From a virus (lineage: Duplodnaviria; Caudoviricetes), in IMG/VR virus record IMGVR_UViG_3300046733_000629: 64,000 nt of DNA; one strand, 5' to 3'. Below are positions 48,402-57,419 of the stretch, in pieces. Position numbers and translations under genes: made by a program. The first letter of the stretch is position 1. Each line of letters starts with the position of its first letter. Below the pieces are notes generated by a model. The model was not told where the DNA came from and did no database searches. It was given only the letters and a program-made list of their open reading frames with translations.

Positions 48402-49566
48402 AGATTTAAAATGGAGTGAATATGATTTCACTAAAACACCGTACGATAAACTAGTACGTGTTGGACAACGAAATATGTTGTATAGAGACATGTTTACTGT
48501 TAGCTGGTTAATAGGAAGATTTTGTAATTACAATTGTAGTTATTGTTGGCCTTATGCTAGAAGTAGTAGAAAAGATCATAGACCAACTGAACTTAATTTA
48601 AAAACAATTGATGAGATTAAGCGTCAAGCACGTGAAAGAGGATTCAATAGTTTTCACTTTAGTTTAAGTGGGGGTGAGCCTACATTCCATCCTGGCTATT
48701 TAGATATGTTAAAACATTTAAGTGATGATGCACATAATACAAATTATACAAGTGTGCATATGACTTCAAACTGTAGTCGTAATATGAAATGGTTTCAAAC
48801 ATATTGTGATTATGCTAGTAAGTTTCACAGAGCAAGTATAACAGCAAGTTTACATGTTGAACACGTAAACACACCTGAAAAAATGCAAGACCTTGCAGAC
48901 AAATTAATACTATGTCAAGAGCATGATGTACAAGTAACAATTAATATGGTTATGGTACCTGCATTATTTGATGAATATTATGACAACGCATTATTCTTCC
49001 ATAATCAAGGAATCAATGTTACACTAAAACCTCAATCAGATCCAACAGCAAGTAGAATTGTTGATGGTTATACAGATGAAATGAAAAGAAAATTACACAA
49101 TGGTATGCCACAACGTAGTTACACTGAAGCTAAAGCACAACAAAAGCAATTAGTAACTAGACCTAAGCCTACATTTAAAATTGACCCTGATGATCATTTC
49201 CGTAAACAGACAGCATCAGTTCCGTGGAACATGCAGGTGGAATTTAGAGATGATAAAGGTGATCCGTGGTATATGGATCAAGCTGAAAGATTTAATGCAT
49301 TTAATTTTAATCAATTTGAAGGTTGGGAATGTAGTAGTGGATATCGTAGTATAATTATACGTGAACCAGATGGATCAGTTAAAAGGTCTTACTCATGTCA
49401 TGATCAACCTTTAGGTAATATTGAAACTGGATTTAAATTGTTTGATGGTCCAAAAGTATGTACTACAAAATCTTGTGTATCAAGTGCTGATAGTAAAATA
49501 CCAAAACGAGCACCAGGAACAGCTATGCCCCTTTGGCCCGGTGATGATACTTTCTTTGAAGATTAA
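48391..49566 (+). CDS. Radical SAM protein with C-terminal SPASM-type domain
   Basis: CNYNCSYC; SLSGGEP; FEGWECSSG..KRSYSC..LGNI..CTTKSCVSSAD. Confidence 0.92.
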   Translation: MEDKDLKWSEYDFTKTPYDKLVRVGQRNMLYRDMFTVSWLIGRFCNYNCSYCWPYARSSRKDHRPTELNLKTIDEIKRQARERGFNSFHFSLSGGEPTFHPGYLDMLKHLSDDAHNTNYTSVHMTSNCSRNMKWFQTYCDYASKFHRASITASLHVEHVNTPEKMQDLADKLILCQEHDVQVTINMVMVPALFDEYYDNALFFHNQGINVTLKPQSDPTASRIVDGYTDEMKRKLHNGMPQRSYTEAKAQQKQLVTRPKPTFKIDPDDHFRKQTASVPWNMQVEFRDDKGDPWYMDQAERFNAFNFNQFEGWECSSGYRSIIIREPDGSVKRSYSCHDQPLGNIETGFKLFDGPKVCTTKSCVSSADSKIPKRAPGTAMPLWPGDDTFFED

Positions 49567-50019
49567 TTATTTGATATTAGCCCAATGCTTTTTAGCATTT
49601 CCTGTATGATGAGCCCAACGTATAAACAGTCCTACTTCGCGACCGTTAGCCTCAATTTCCCAAGGTAGATCCCAATAGTCTGTTGTTTCTGGAACAAGTG
49701 TATCTTTCCATTTATAAAACTTTTTTTGTATTGCCGTATCACTCATTTCGTTACGAGCGTATTGCTTAACATGTACCATTTCGTGTGCAACAGTTTCAAG
49801 CATTCTACGCAACCCAACAGTATGATCAATTTCTAATTCATACTCGCGAGCAGATTCACGTAGACAATAACCGTCGGCATCTGATCCTAATTTTTTGAGT
49901 TTAACTACTATGTCAAGAGTTTGCATTCGCGGCATTAATTTCTTTATGCAGAATTCAACCATAGAACGTGCATATTCTTGTTTGGCTTTCGTGCCGCCTG
50001 TAATTTCAATGTCGTTCAT
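49567..50019 (-). CDS. Putative zinc metallopeptidase (SprT-like, HExxH)
   Basis: TVAHEMVHVKQ and PWEIEAN. Confidence 0.7.
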   Translation of the reverse strand: MNDIEITGGTKAKQEYARSMVEFCIKKLMPRMQTLDIVVKLKKLGSDADGYCLRESAREYELEIDHTVGLRRMLETVAHEMVHVKQYARNEMSDTAIQKKFYKWKDTLVPETTDYWDLPWEIEANGREVGLFIRWAHHTGNAKKHWANIK

Positions 50020-50030
50020 GTTACTAACCT

Positions 50031-50324
50031 TTACTGGCCCAAATAATCTTTTTTCAGTACTTCTAACTGTTCTTCTGCATTTGGGTATTTTTGTAACAAA
50101 TCAAGTTCTAACTGTTCTTTACTTTCAACTGCATTTTCAGATTCAATCTTATCAGCAATATCATTAAACGCTTCGTAAAAATCGTTGTTGCTACGATATA
50201 AATTGTGAACATCCATATATGCATCAGCATCAACAAAATTCCAGTTTATTGAACCGTCTTCGTTTTTGTTCTCATCTAACTCAATTGCTGATCTCATTGT
50301 TGACTCTAATATTGCATTAATCAT
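50031..50324 (-). CDS. Hypothetical protein
   Basis: 97 aa acidic ORF directly downstream of a consensus promoter. Confidence 0.7.
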   Translation of the reverse strand: MINAILESTMRSAIELDENKNEDGSINWNFVDADAYMDVHNLYRSNNDFYEAFNDIADKIESENAVESKEQLELDLLQKYPNAEEQLEVLKKDYLGQ

Positions 50325-50355
50325 AGTGTATACCTTTTTGTTAACTTATACATAC

Positions 50356-50384
50356 ATTATAGCAAGAACTCTTGGTAATGTCAA
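50356..50384 (-). promoter_or_regulatory. Consensus sigma70 promoter with palindromic spacer element
   Basis: Minus strand TTGACA (50384-50379), 17 nt, TATAAT (50361-50356); CAAGA-AC-TCTTG at 50363-50374. Confidence 0.85.
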
Positions 50385-50398
50385 CCTTTTTGTTCAAC

Positions 50399-50424
50399 AA
50401 AAAACCCTTGTATTACAAGGGTTT
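50399..50424 (-). terminator. Rho-independent terminator
   Basis: AAACCCTTGT-3nt-ACAAGGGTTT perfect stem with a U-tract on the minus strand. Confidence 0.8.
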
Positions 50425-50457
50425 ATAAATTAAATGCATATTTATTTAGCTGATTAT

Positions 50458-50556
50458 TTAAATTAAGTCGTTTTTAAGACAGTATATCCATGCCCTAGCT
50501 TGTTGTTTTGTGTATCCTTCTTTACGCATTAGTCTGTAAATACTTGGATAACACAT
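50458..50556 (-). CDS. Possible 32-aa small ORF
   Basis: MCYPSIYRLMRKEGYTKQQARAWIYCLKNDLI, starting 3 nt after the upstream stop. Confidence 0.35.
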   Translation of the reverse strand: MCYPSIYRLMRKEGYTKQQARAWIYCLKNDLI

Positions 50557-50559
50557 TTT

Positions 50560-51084
50560 CTACTGAGGATTGTCTGGATCTGAGTGTATTTCGTTAATAA
50601 TACGTTGATCAACCCCTTGCAATTTAAGTGCTTTTCGTTTGGGAGGTAAGCTATCTCGTCTAATATTATCAAATGTAAATTCTTGTATATTAGTTAATAA
50701 CCCATTTTTTTGCTCTGTTTCTTTAAATACTCCAGTGGCTGGTTTTCCATTTTCTGCTTGTTCACCCATAGTTTGCATCTTACGTGCATTGCTCTTTGAA
50801 TAAGGCATTGTATAGTACTGTGGTTGAGGCTCACCAACATGTCTAACTAGATAGTAAATGTGAGGCTTTTGAACTTCTGCCCATAGTACTTCTACTTCTC
50901 CTTTTGGTAAACTATTAACTGGAGTTCCTTGTAATGCATATATTGAATAACCTGTATATAAGCTACTTACTAGTACCAAAGGAATTAATAAAAATACAAG
51001 AATTCTGTTTTTGTTAGTTTGTATAATAGCATACGTTGTTAGTACTGCTAAACAAAAAAGTAAAATTGTGGCTATATAAATCAT
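50560..51084 (-). CDS. Membrane protein (two N-terminal TMs plus soluble domain)
   Basis: Two hydrophobic helices; coupled to the ExbD/MotB-like gene. Confidence 0.7.
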   Translation of the reverse strand: MIYIATILLFCLAVLTTYAIIQTNKNRILVFLLIPLVLVSSLYTGYSIYALQGTPVNSLPKGEVEVLWAEVQKPHIYYLVRHVGEPQPQYYTMPYSKSNARKMQTMGEQAENGKPATGVFKETEQKNGLLTNIQEFTFDNIRRDSLPPKRKALKLQGVDQRIINEIHSDPDNPQ

Positions 51085-51683
51085 TATTGAACTGCTCCAT
51101 TTGATGGCACTATATCTCTGAAGTGCTGAAATATTTCTGTAACTTTACCATCTTTATCTACATTGAAAGCTGGCAATCTTTGTACTTCTCTGAAACGAAG
51201 TAAGTTTCCAGTTATACTATAAACTTGTCTAAATGGGTTTACTTTCATTACAGTAACAGTATAATCAATTACATCTTCTTTCTTTGAATAAGCATGCACC
51301 GATACATAATAATCGCCCGGAACAATACCTCTTATTGTAGTCATTTCTCTGTTTGATTTTAAAGTACGTGTTACACCATCAATAAGAACTACATCATTTG
51401 TTGTACCTAAATCATCTCTGTCTAAGTGTAATGGCGTTAATTCTCTGTTTGCAAAACCTACAGGTTTGTTGCTATCGTGTTGTACCCATAAATCAACATC
51501 ATCTACTGATTCTTGTTCCCATTCGAGTATAATAATAAACTCTGCTTTAACAGGTATATCTGCTTTTTTAGTAATAGGATTAATCAATAGAAAAGCAATA
51601 ACGAATAGCATTACAAATCCAATAAGGACATTGAAAAGCAAGTCGTTGAATGCTAGGTTGGAAGTGGTTCTTCTGTTAGGCAT
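51084..51683 (-). CDS. MotB/ExbD-like single-TM protein with extracytoplasmic domain
   Basis: LAFNDLLFNVLIGFVMLF helix with the conserved Asp; DVDLWV, RDDLG, PGDYYVSVHAY domain. Confidence 0.6.
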   Translation of the reverse strand: MPNRRTTSNLAFNDLLFNVLIGFVMLFVIAFLLINPITKKADIPVKAEFIIILEWEQESVDDVDLWVQHDSNKPVGFANRELTPLHLDRDDLGTTNDVVLIDGVTRTLKSNREMTTIRGIVPGDYYVSVHAYSKKEDVIDYTVTVMKVNPFRQVYSITGNLLRFREVQRLPAFNVDKDGKVTEIFQHFRDIVPSNGAVQ

Positions 51684-52119
51684 TAGACTTTTGTTCTTGT
51701 ACCATTACTTGAACTTTTACAAATAAACTTGCAACCAATCCACATAATGTTGTTAGTAGAGCGGTGCTCATGCCCGCCGCCATGTCAATAATGACTTGCC
51801 TCATACTTTCAATATCGCCTGGATCAATTTGTGAGAAGCTACTGCCTAGCATAAGCATGAAACCTATGACGGTTCCAACCATACCAACAGTCATGCACGA
51901 CTCACCAATAAACCATGCCATATCGTTATCGTCTATTTGTTTGTAACTTCTATAACCAACTAAACCTGAGGCAATTGTAAACATACCTAGGATAGCAAAG
52001 CTAAGTTTTGTAGAATCATTTTCTATAAGAAATTGGATCGCTCCGAAGTAAAAAGCAATGCCGAGTGCGATAGTTTGCATCACTGCAACTAGCCACCAAA
52101 TTAAGAATTTTTTATTCAT
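51676..52119 (-). CDS. MotA/TolQ/ExbB proton-channel family protein
   Basis: GMVGTVIGFM...GMSTALLTTLCGL hairpin; ATAAATA (minus) at 52150-52144 upstream. Confidence 0.8.
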   Translation of the reverse strand: MNKKFLIWWLVAVMQTIALGIAFYFGAIQFLIENDSTKLSFAILGMFTIASGLVGYRSYKQIDDNDMAWFIGESCMTVGMVGTVIGFMLMLGSSFSQIDPGDIESMRQVIIDMAAGMSTALLTTLCGLVASLFVKVQVMVQEQKSNA

Positions 52120-52139
52120 GGAATACTTCCCTTTATATT

Positions 52140-52385
52140 TTAGTATTTATCTATATTAGAAGATAAACGTAGAAGCATTGCCTGTTTTGGTTCAAACAGT
52201 AAATATACCTCAACGAACGTAGAATCACATTCTTCTAATTTAGTTGCTTTGCTATTGTTAACAAAGATAGTTCTTTTTGGTTGATATTTCATTACTATTT
52301 GCTTTACGTCTTCAAGGGTTCCTGAGACTTTGAAAGATATTAATTCACCTATATACTCTAGGCCATGTTTAAATTTTGATTTCAT
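52140..52385 (-). CDS. Hypothetical protein
   Basis: 81 aa ORF in the operon. Confidence 0.55.
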   Translation of the reverse strand: MKSKFKHGLEYIGELISFKVSGTLEDVKQIVMKYQPKRTIFVNNSKATKLEECDSTFVEVYLLFEPKQAMLLRLSSNIDKY

Positions 52386-53295
52386 TACATAATATCTCTG
52401 TTAAAAAGTCGCTTTTAGTAAGTGTCTTTAGTCTTACGTAATCGTCTTTGATTAACAAGTTATTATATAATTGCTCGTATAGTACATCATTACTTGTAAT
52501 GTGTAACGAATTACACATGTATTTATAGTAATCAGTACTGGTCGTTTTATTAGTAGAAAATAAAGTTTTTAAATCAAACACAATATTTTCAATTGGTAAT
52601 AATTCATCTTCTTGTAGATCTACAACATTAAGAAATTGTTCTGTAAACTTGTGTGTTCCTTCTTCTATTGCATATTCTAGCCCTTGTTCTCTTGCCATAG
52701 TTATTAGTGCCGCTGGTTTATCTTTCATCCATTCTATTACTGTAGATACATTTTTTGGATCAATTTCTTCTGCAAGTATATTAGTTAAATGTTCTATAGA
52801 ACTAGCTTCTGGTAAGTTGAACCAATTTTTAAATCTCCCAATTTTCTTACCATCCATAACAGCAATGTTTCCATGTTGATATCGATGATTAGTATCAAAT
52901 ATTCTATATGCTTTTGGTTGATTAACAAAGTATATTTTTTGTTCAGTGTCTAATAAATTACCTATTGATATACTAGAAGGTAAACACCATTTAAAATCAG
53001 ATTCTAATATTGGTTCGTTTTCAATATCTCTAAAATCTTGTAATGAGTTTTTTATATGATCTAAGTAGTTTGGAGATTTATGAAAGTTTCTAAAATCATC
53101 ACTTATCTCAGGTAATCCACCAACTTCTCTTGTATAGTCAGCACCCTGTCTAATATAATAATTATTATAAGTTAGTTCATCAATTGGTTTAGGAAATATA
53201 CCAGTGTCTGGTGAGTATGTTAGTATATGTTGAAATATACTTGACTGTCCAACATGGTCTTCAAAGTTGACGTTAAGTAATAAATTATTTAGCAT
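52369..53295 (-). CDS. Hypothetical protein
   Basis: ORF 52369..53310; ATG 53295 minimises overlap. Confidence 0.6.
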   Translation of the reverse strand: MLNNLLLNVNFEDHVGQSSIFQHILTYSPDTGIFPKPIDELTYNNYYIRQGADYTREVGGLPEISDDFRNFHKSPNYLDHIKNSLQDFRDIENEPILESDFKWCLPSSISIGNLLDTEQKIYFVNQPKAYRIFDTNHRYQHGNIAVMDGKKIGRFKNWFNLPEASSIEHLTNILAEEIDPKNVSTVIEWMKDKPAALITMAREQGLEYAIEEGTHKFTEQFLNVVDLQEDELLPIENIVFDLKTLFSTNKTTSTDYYKYMCNSLHITSNDVLYEQLYNNLLIKDDYVRLKTLTKSDFLTEILCNEIKI

Positions 53296-54214
53296 TAAGT
53301 GTTCTTGCAATTTCTATCATTGTAGCACTTAGATTAATTTCTGGATCTGCTACCTGAGTATGTTTAATCATACCCTCTCTTATTGCTAGTACACAACTAT
53401 CGTATGTAAAATCGTCGTTTGTATATAAATCTAAATTCTTGTATAACCAAGTAAAAATTTCATTGTATTCATCAGCTCTTGCACTCTTAACAATTAGTTT
53501 ACGTGCATCTTGAATCTTGCCAGCCTTAAACAGTTCTACCATATTAATACGCCATTCGCTTGTACTACCGCCATCTTCTGGTAGTAACAATTTGTTATCT
53601 ACAATAGTCATTTGTACTGTATTAATAGTCTTACGTAAATCAGGATAATTAGCACGAACCATTGCATCTAATGTATCAATGTCAAACTCTACTGCATTGT
53701 CTGCAAGTATTTCGCCTACTCTTACTGTAAAATCTGTTTGATCTAATTGTTCAATATGAAAACCTTGACATCTACTATGCAATGCAGGAATAATCATGTT
53801 AGGATAATTGCAAGTTAAAATAAATCTTACACTTGCATGATACTGTTCCATTACTCCACGTAATGCCGCTTGTCCTTCAGGACTAATATGATCTGCCTCA
53901 TCAAGTAGAATAACTTTAAATTCACCCCAAGGCATAGTTTCACTAAACGCACTAATACGTTTGCGAATCATTTCAACGCCATTATCTCTTGATGCGTTAA
54001 TGTATAAAACATCAGCATTCTCAACATTAAGTTCTTTGATTAATACTTTTGCTAGTGTAGTTTTACCTGTGCCAGGACTACCGCTGAATAACAAATGTGG
54101 AATACCACCATCGTCAATCCAGTTCTGCACTTGTTTACGTTGTGCATCATCTCTAAACACATAAGTACCAACCGTTTCAGGACGATACTTTTCTACCCAT
54201 AATTCTTTAGCCAT
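53285..54214 (-). CDS. Clamp loader, RFC small subunit / T4 gp44-like
   Basis: WVEKYRP, GSPGTGKTT, INASRDNG, ILLDEAD, SRC motif. Confidence 0.93.
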   Translation of the reverse strand: MAKELWVEKYRPETVGTYVFRDDAQRKQVQNWIDDGGIPHLLFSGSPGTGKTTLAKVLIKELNVENADVLYINASRDNGVEMIRKRISAFSETMPWGEFKVILLDEADHISPEGQAALRGVMEQYHASVRFILTCNYPNMIIPALHSRCQGFHIEQLDQTDFTVRVGEILADNAVEFDIDTLDAMVRANYPDLRKTINTVQMTIVDNKLLLPEDGGSTSEWRINMVELFKAGKIQDARKLIVKSARADEYNEIFTWLYKNLDLYTNDDFTYDSCVLAIREGMIKHTQVADPEINLSATMIEIARTLNAK

Positions 54215-54236
54215 TAGTCTTCCTTATTAAAGTTAT

Positions 54237-54265
54237 ATTATACTTGGTTTTCATTAAAAAGTCAA
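54237..54265 (-). promoter_or_regulatory. sigma70-type promoter
   Basis: Minus strand TTGACT (54265-54260), 17 nt, TATAAT (54242-54237). Confidence 0.7.
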
Positions 54266-54269
54266 CTTG

Positions 54270-54503
54270 TTACTTGATAATGCCATTTTCCCAATTCTCT
54301 GCACAATCTTCTGCATAACGTTTACTGTGTCCAACAATTGGTCTCTCTTCAACCAATGTGTTGTCTTGATACATCTTAACAACGTAATGTGTCTCTTCAA
54401 CAATCTCTGCATGTCTATTATTTGTTGTTTTTGAAAAACCTATTGTACTATCAGCCACTGCTTGTAGCTTACTAGCTCTTTTTCCTTTTCTTCCGGTTGC
54501 CAC
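54270..54503 (-). CDS. Hypothetical protein
   Basis: 77 aa ORF ending HSKRYAEDCAENWENG. Confidence 0.6.
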   Translation of the reverse strand: MATGRKGKRASKLQAVADSTIGFSKTTNNRHAEIVEETHYVVKMYQDNTLVEERPIVGHSKRYAEDCAENWENGIIK

Positions 54504-54756
54504 TTTGTTCTCCTTTTATTTCTTTTGGATTTAATAGATTAACTGCGTTTGGGAATATTTTATCCGTGAGGTCTAAAACTAATATTAGCATTAATACTCC
54601 CCAACCTAACGGACCTGCGAAAAACAGCCAGCATATAATATGCCAATCTTTAGCTTCCTTGCCAACTGTATATTTTGCTAATGCCATAACTGCTATAAAC
54701 CATAGTAGCATTACTACTATAGAAACTGCGACATCAATAAAAAACATGTAATTCAT
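54472..54756 (-). CDS. Small membrane protein
   Basis: Two hydrophobic helices. Confidence 0.6.
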   Translation of the reverse strand: MNYMFFIDVAVSIVVMLLWFIAVMALAKYTVGKEAKDWHIICWLFFAGPLGWGVLMLILVLDLTDKIFPNAVNLLNPKEIKGEQSGNRKKRKKS

Positions 54757-54759
54757 ATT

Positions 54760-54972
54760 TTACCACCATCCTAATGTTCTGCCATTTCCTGCAATAATTA
54801 GACAACATGTTAATACATGCAATACTATCCAGAACGTTCTGAAAGCTAGTGCCTTCACTACATCTGATTGTGTAATTGGCAAAAATTCAGGCTTATCATC
54901 ATCATTGAGACCAATTGGCATTCCAACTGTTCTCGCCCAAACTTTTAAAAATCTTCTTTGTCCACTCATCAA
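54760..54972 (-). CDS. Small membrane-associated hypothetical protein
   Basis: 70 aa, ATGA-coupled to prs; C-terminal hydrophobic helix. Confidence 0.6.
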   Translation of the reverse strand: MMSGQRRFLKVWARTVGMPIGLNDDDKPEFLPITQSDVVKALAFRTFWIVLHVLTCCLIIAGNGRTLGWW

Positions 54973-55916
54973 ATTTTATGTGTAAACAAACTGCTTACAC
55001 TTTCTTCATTACTGACACGTCTAATAGCTTCACCAAACATAGTTGATACACTTACTACTCGTGTCTTTTTACAATCATCTGGACAAGAAAATTTAATGCT
55101 ATCTGTAATAACAAGTTCTTCCAATACACTATTCTCAACTTTATGACATGCTTCGCCAGTTAGTACTCCATGTGTAATATATGCTCGTACACTTAATGCA
55201 CCAGCGTCCATGATTGCTTTTGCGGCGTTACATAGTGTTCCACCACTGTCAATAATATCGTCAACTAGAATTGCATGACAACCTTTAACATCACCAATAA
55301 GTCCCATTACTTCACTTTCGCCTGCTTTGGGTCTACGTTTGTCCACAATAGCAATATCGCCTCCAAACATATCAGCAAATTTTCTAGCACGTACTGTACC
55401 ACCTGCGTCTGGTGAAACAAATACTGTACCTTTTTCTATTTCTACATTATACTTAATATCTTTTGCAAACGCAATACGACTTGTTAAGTCATCAACAGGA
55501 ATATCAAAAAAGCCTTGTATCTGTCCTGCATGTAAATCCATTGTAAGGATTCTATCTGCACCTGCTTGTGTAATAAGATTTGCAACTAGTTTTGCAGTAA
55601 TTGGTGTACGGCTAGCACTCTTACGATCTTGTCGTGCATAACCAAAGTATGGAATAACTGCCGTAATACGACTGGCACTGCTACGCTTAGCCGCATCAAT
55701 CATAATCATTAATTCCATTAAATTGTCGTTCACAGGTGTGCTTGTGCTTTGTATAATAAAAACATCTTCGCCACGTATATTTTCTAAAAATTCTACACTA
55801 CATTCGCCATCAGCAAAAGTTTTAATTTCAGCAGGTACAATTGTAGCAAAACAATGAGAAGCAATTTTCTCTGCCATTTCAGTATTACTATTTCCTGCAA
55901 TAATCTTCATCTTCAT
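54969..55916 (-). CDS. prs: Ribose-phosphate pyrophosphokinase (PRPP synthetase)
   Basis: [46 protein letters not shown]. Confidence 0.97.
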   Translation of the reverse strand: MKMKIIAGNSNTEMAEKIASHCFATIVPAEIKTFADGECSVEFLENIRGEDVFIIQSTSTPVNDNLMELMIMIDAAKRSSASRITAVIPYFGYARQDRKSASRTPITAKLVANLITQAGADRILTMDLHAGQIQGFFDIPVDDLTSRIAFAKDIKYNVEIEKGTVFVSPDAGGTVRARKFADMFGGDIAIVDKRRPKAGESEVMGLIGDVKGCHAILVDDIIDSGGTLCNAAKAIMDAGALSVRAYITHGVLTGEACHKVENSVLEELVITDSIKFSCPDDCKKTRVVSVSTMFGEAIRRVSNEESVSSLFTHKI

Positions 55917-55984
55917 CTAGTCTCCAACTCTTGATTAATAATTATATATACTTAATATATATTAGAATTCATAAAAAGTCAACA

Positions 55985-56368
55985 TTAAATTTTAAGCATT
56001 AATGCCATTATGTCAATAACATCGCTTGGTCTCGCATAGTACTCTTTTTCTATCCATCCTTGTTTAACACTTATTTCAGGACAGTCAAATGAGTGATCAC
56101 CATTTCCGTTATTAAAAGTACAGTAATTCCATACTCTGCATACAACTGGTAAGTGTGTCATTCCCATTCGAGGTAAGAGATATATTCTATGATTGCCCGT
56201 GTCTAGTCTAACTTTACGACTGTAAACTCCTACGCCTAATATTATGGGTTCTAAAATTCCATTTTTCGAAATGTCTTCCATTAAAGCAAGATCATCATTT
56301 GGGCTAGGCGTAGGGTTTTTCCATTGTGTTAAGAGTTGTACAGGCATTTGCTGTATGAACTCTTTCAT
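55985..56368 (-). CDS. ParB/Sulfiredoxin-like domain protein
   Basis: LMEDISKNGILEPII...LDTGNHR...THLPV. Confidence 0.6.
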   Translation of the reverse strand: MKEFIQQMPVQLLTQWKNPTPSPNDDLALMEDISKNGILEPIILGVGVYSRKVRLDTGNHRIYLLPRMGMTHLPVVCRVWNYCTFNNGNGDHSFDCPEISVKQGWIEKEYYARPSDVIDIMALMLKI

Positions 56369-56369
56369 C

Positions 56370-57008
56370 TTAATATGTGTCTACGATTTGATCTGCAATG
56401 CCGTGCTTCACTGCTTCTTCGGCTGTTAACCAAACATCTTGTGCTGGTAACAATATTTCACGGATTTTCTTTTCTGTTAAACCAGTACATCTTTTATAAT
56501 GTTCTAGCATACGTTCACTTGAAAGTTCAAACTCTTTAATACGAGCAAATAGTTCGTGTTCTTTACCACCTGATCCCCAACTGTATTGATGTGATAAGAT
56601 ACTTGTGTTTCTAGTTAGTACACGTTTACCTTTTTCACCTGCCATAAATGCAAGTACACCACATGAAGCAATCATACCAAGTCCTACTGTTCTAACTGGA
56701 ATAGCAGAACCTTTCATAGTATCAATTAAACCAAATGCGGCATGTACACTTCCACCTGGACTGTTGATAATAAGTGTAAGTTCCTTTGGTCTTTCACTGT
56801 CTGGTAATAAATTCTTTTCAATAATCCAGTTGACAATTGGTTTTGTTGTTTCGTATGTAAAAGCTTCAGCAAAGTAATGTACACCTGCATCCCACATCAT
56901 TTGTCCTGGTTGTTTTGGTGGGCCCATTGGTGGTCCCTTTGGTGATGCATTTTCTTCTAATGCGGCACCCATTTCTCCTATCGCCTTTTGTAATTTATCG
57001 ATATTCAT
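56370..57008 (-). CDS. ClpP-like serine protease subunit
   Basis: LIINSPGGSV, GMIASCG (Ser), ILSHQ (His), DVWLTAEEAVKHGIAD. Confidence 0.88.
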   Translation of the reverse strand: MNIDKLQKAIGEMGAALEENASPKGPPMGPPKQPGQMMWDAGVHYFAEAFTYETTKPIVNWIIEKNLLPDSERPKELTLIINSPGGSVHAAFGLIDTMKGSAIPVRTVGLGMIASCGVLAFMAGEKGKRVLTRNTSILSHQYSWGSGGKEHELFARIKEFELSSERMLEHYKRCTGLTEKKIREILLPAQDVWLTAEEAVKHGIADQIVDTY

Positions 57009-57033
57009 TTTAATTTATTTCCTTAATATTTAA

Positions 57034-57411
57034 TTATAGTTTGTGTCTAGTCGTGTCATTGGATGGACGTTTTGGAATTGATTTAGCATATACTTCAAGA
57101 CTTTTATCGTCTCTTGGATCAGTATCTGATAATGCTAAACAATCTTTATTGTCAAGTAGGTAAATTTTTTCTTCATTGCCTACATCCATACCATTGCTCC
57201 ATCGTCCGTGATCAACAAGGACGAAATTGTCTTTTTGTATCCAATCGATTCCTTCACCAACACTGTACACTTTAAACCAACGTGGTCTAACTGCGGCTTC
57301 TGTTGCATCTTTTTCAGTAATAATAATTCCACCTGCTGTAGTTTTTTCAGTGCCAGGCTTATCAATCATTTCTGCCAGAATCTTATTTTTCATTGCTCTA
57401 ATAGTTCTCAT
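57034..57411 (-). CDS. GroES-like co-chaperonin
   Basis: EKTTAGGIII, VYSVGEG, YLLDNKDCLA. Confidence 0.75.
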   Translation of the reverse strand: MRTIRAMKNKILAEMIDKPGTEKTTAGGIIITEKDATEAAVRPRWFKVYSVGEGIDWIQKDNFVLVDHGRWSNGMDVGNEEKIYLLDNKDCLALSDTDPRDDKSLEVYAKSIPKRPSNDTTRHKL

Positions 57412-57419
57412 TATATTTC

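Noticed and set aside
15143-49566. Classical RiPP cluster interpretation
   Set aside because: I found no PqqD/RRE domain, no recognisable precursor with leader and core, and no peptidase-ABC exporter. It is kept only as a minor alternative.
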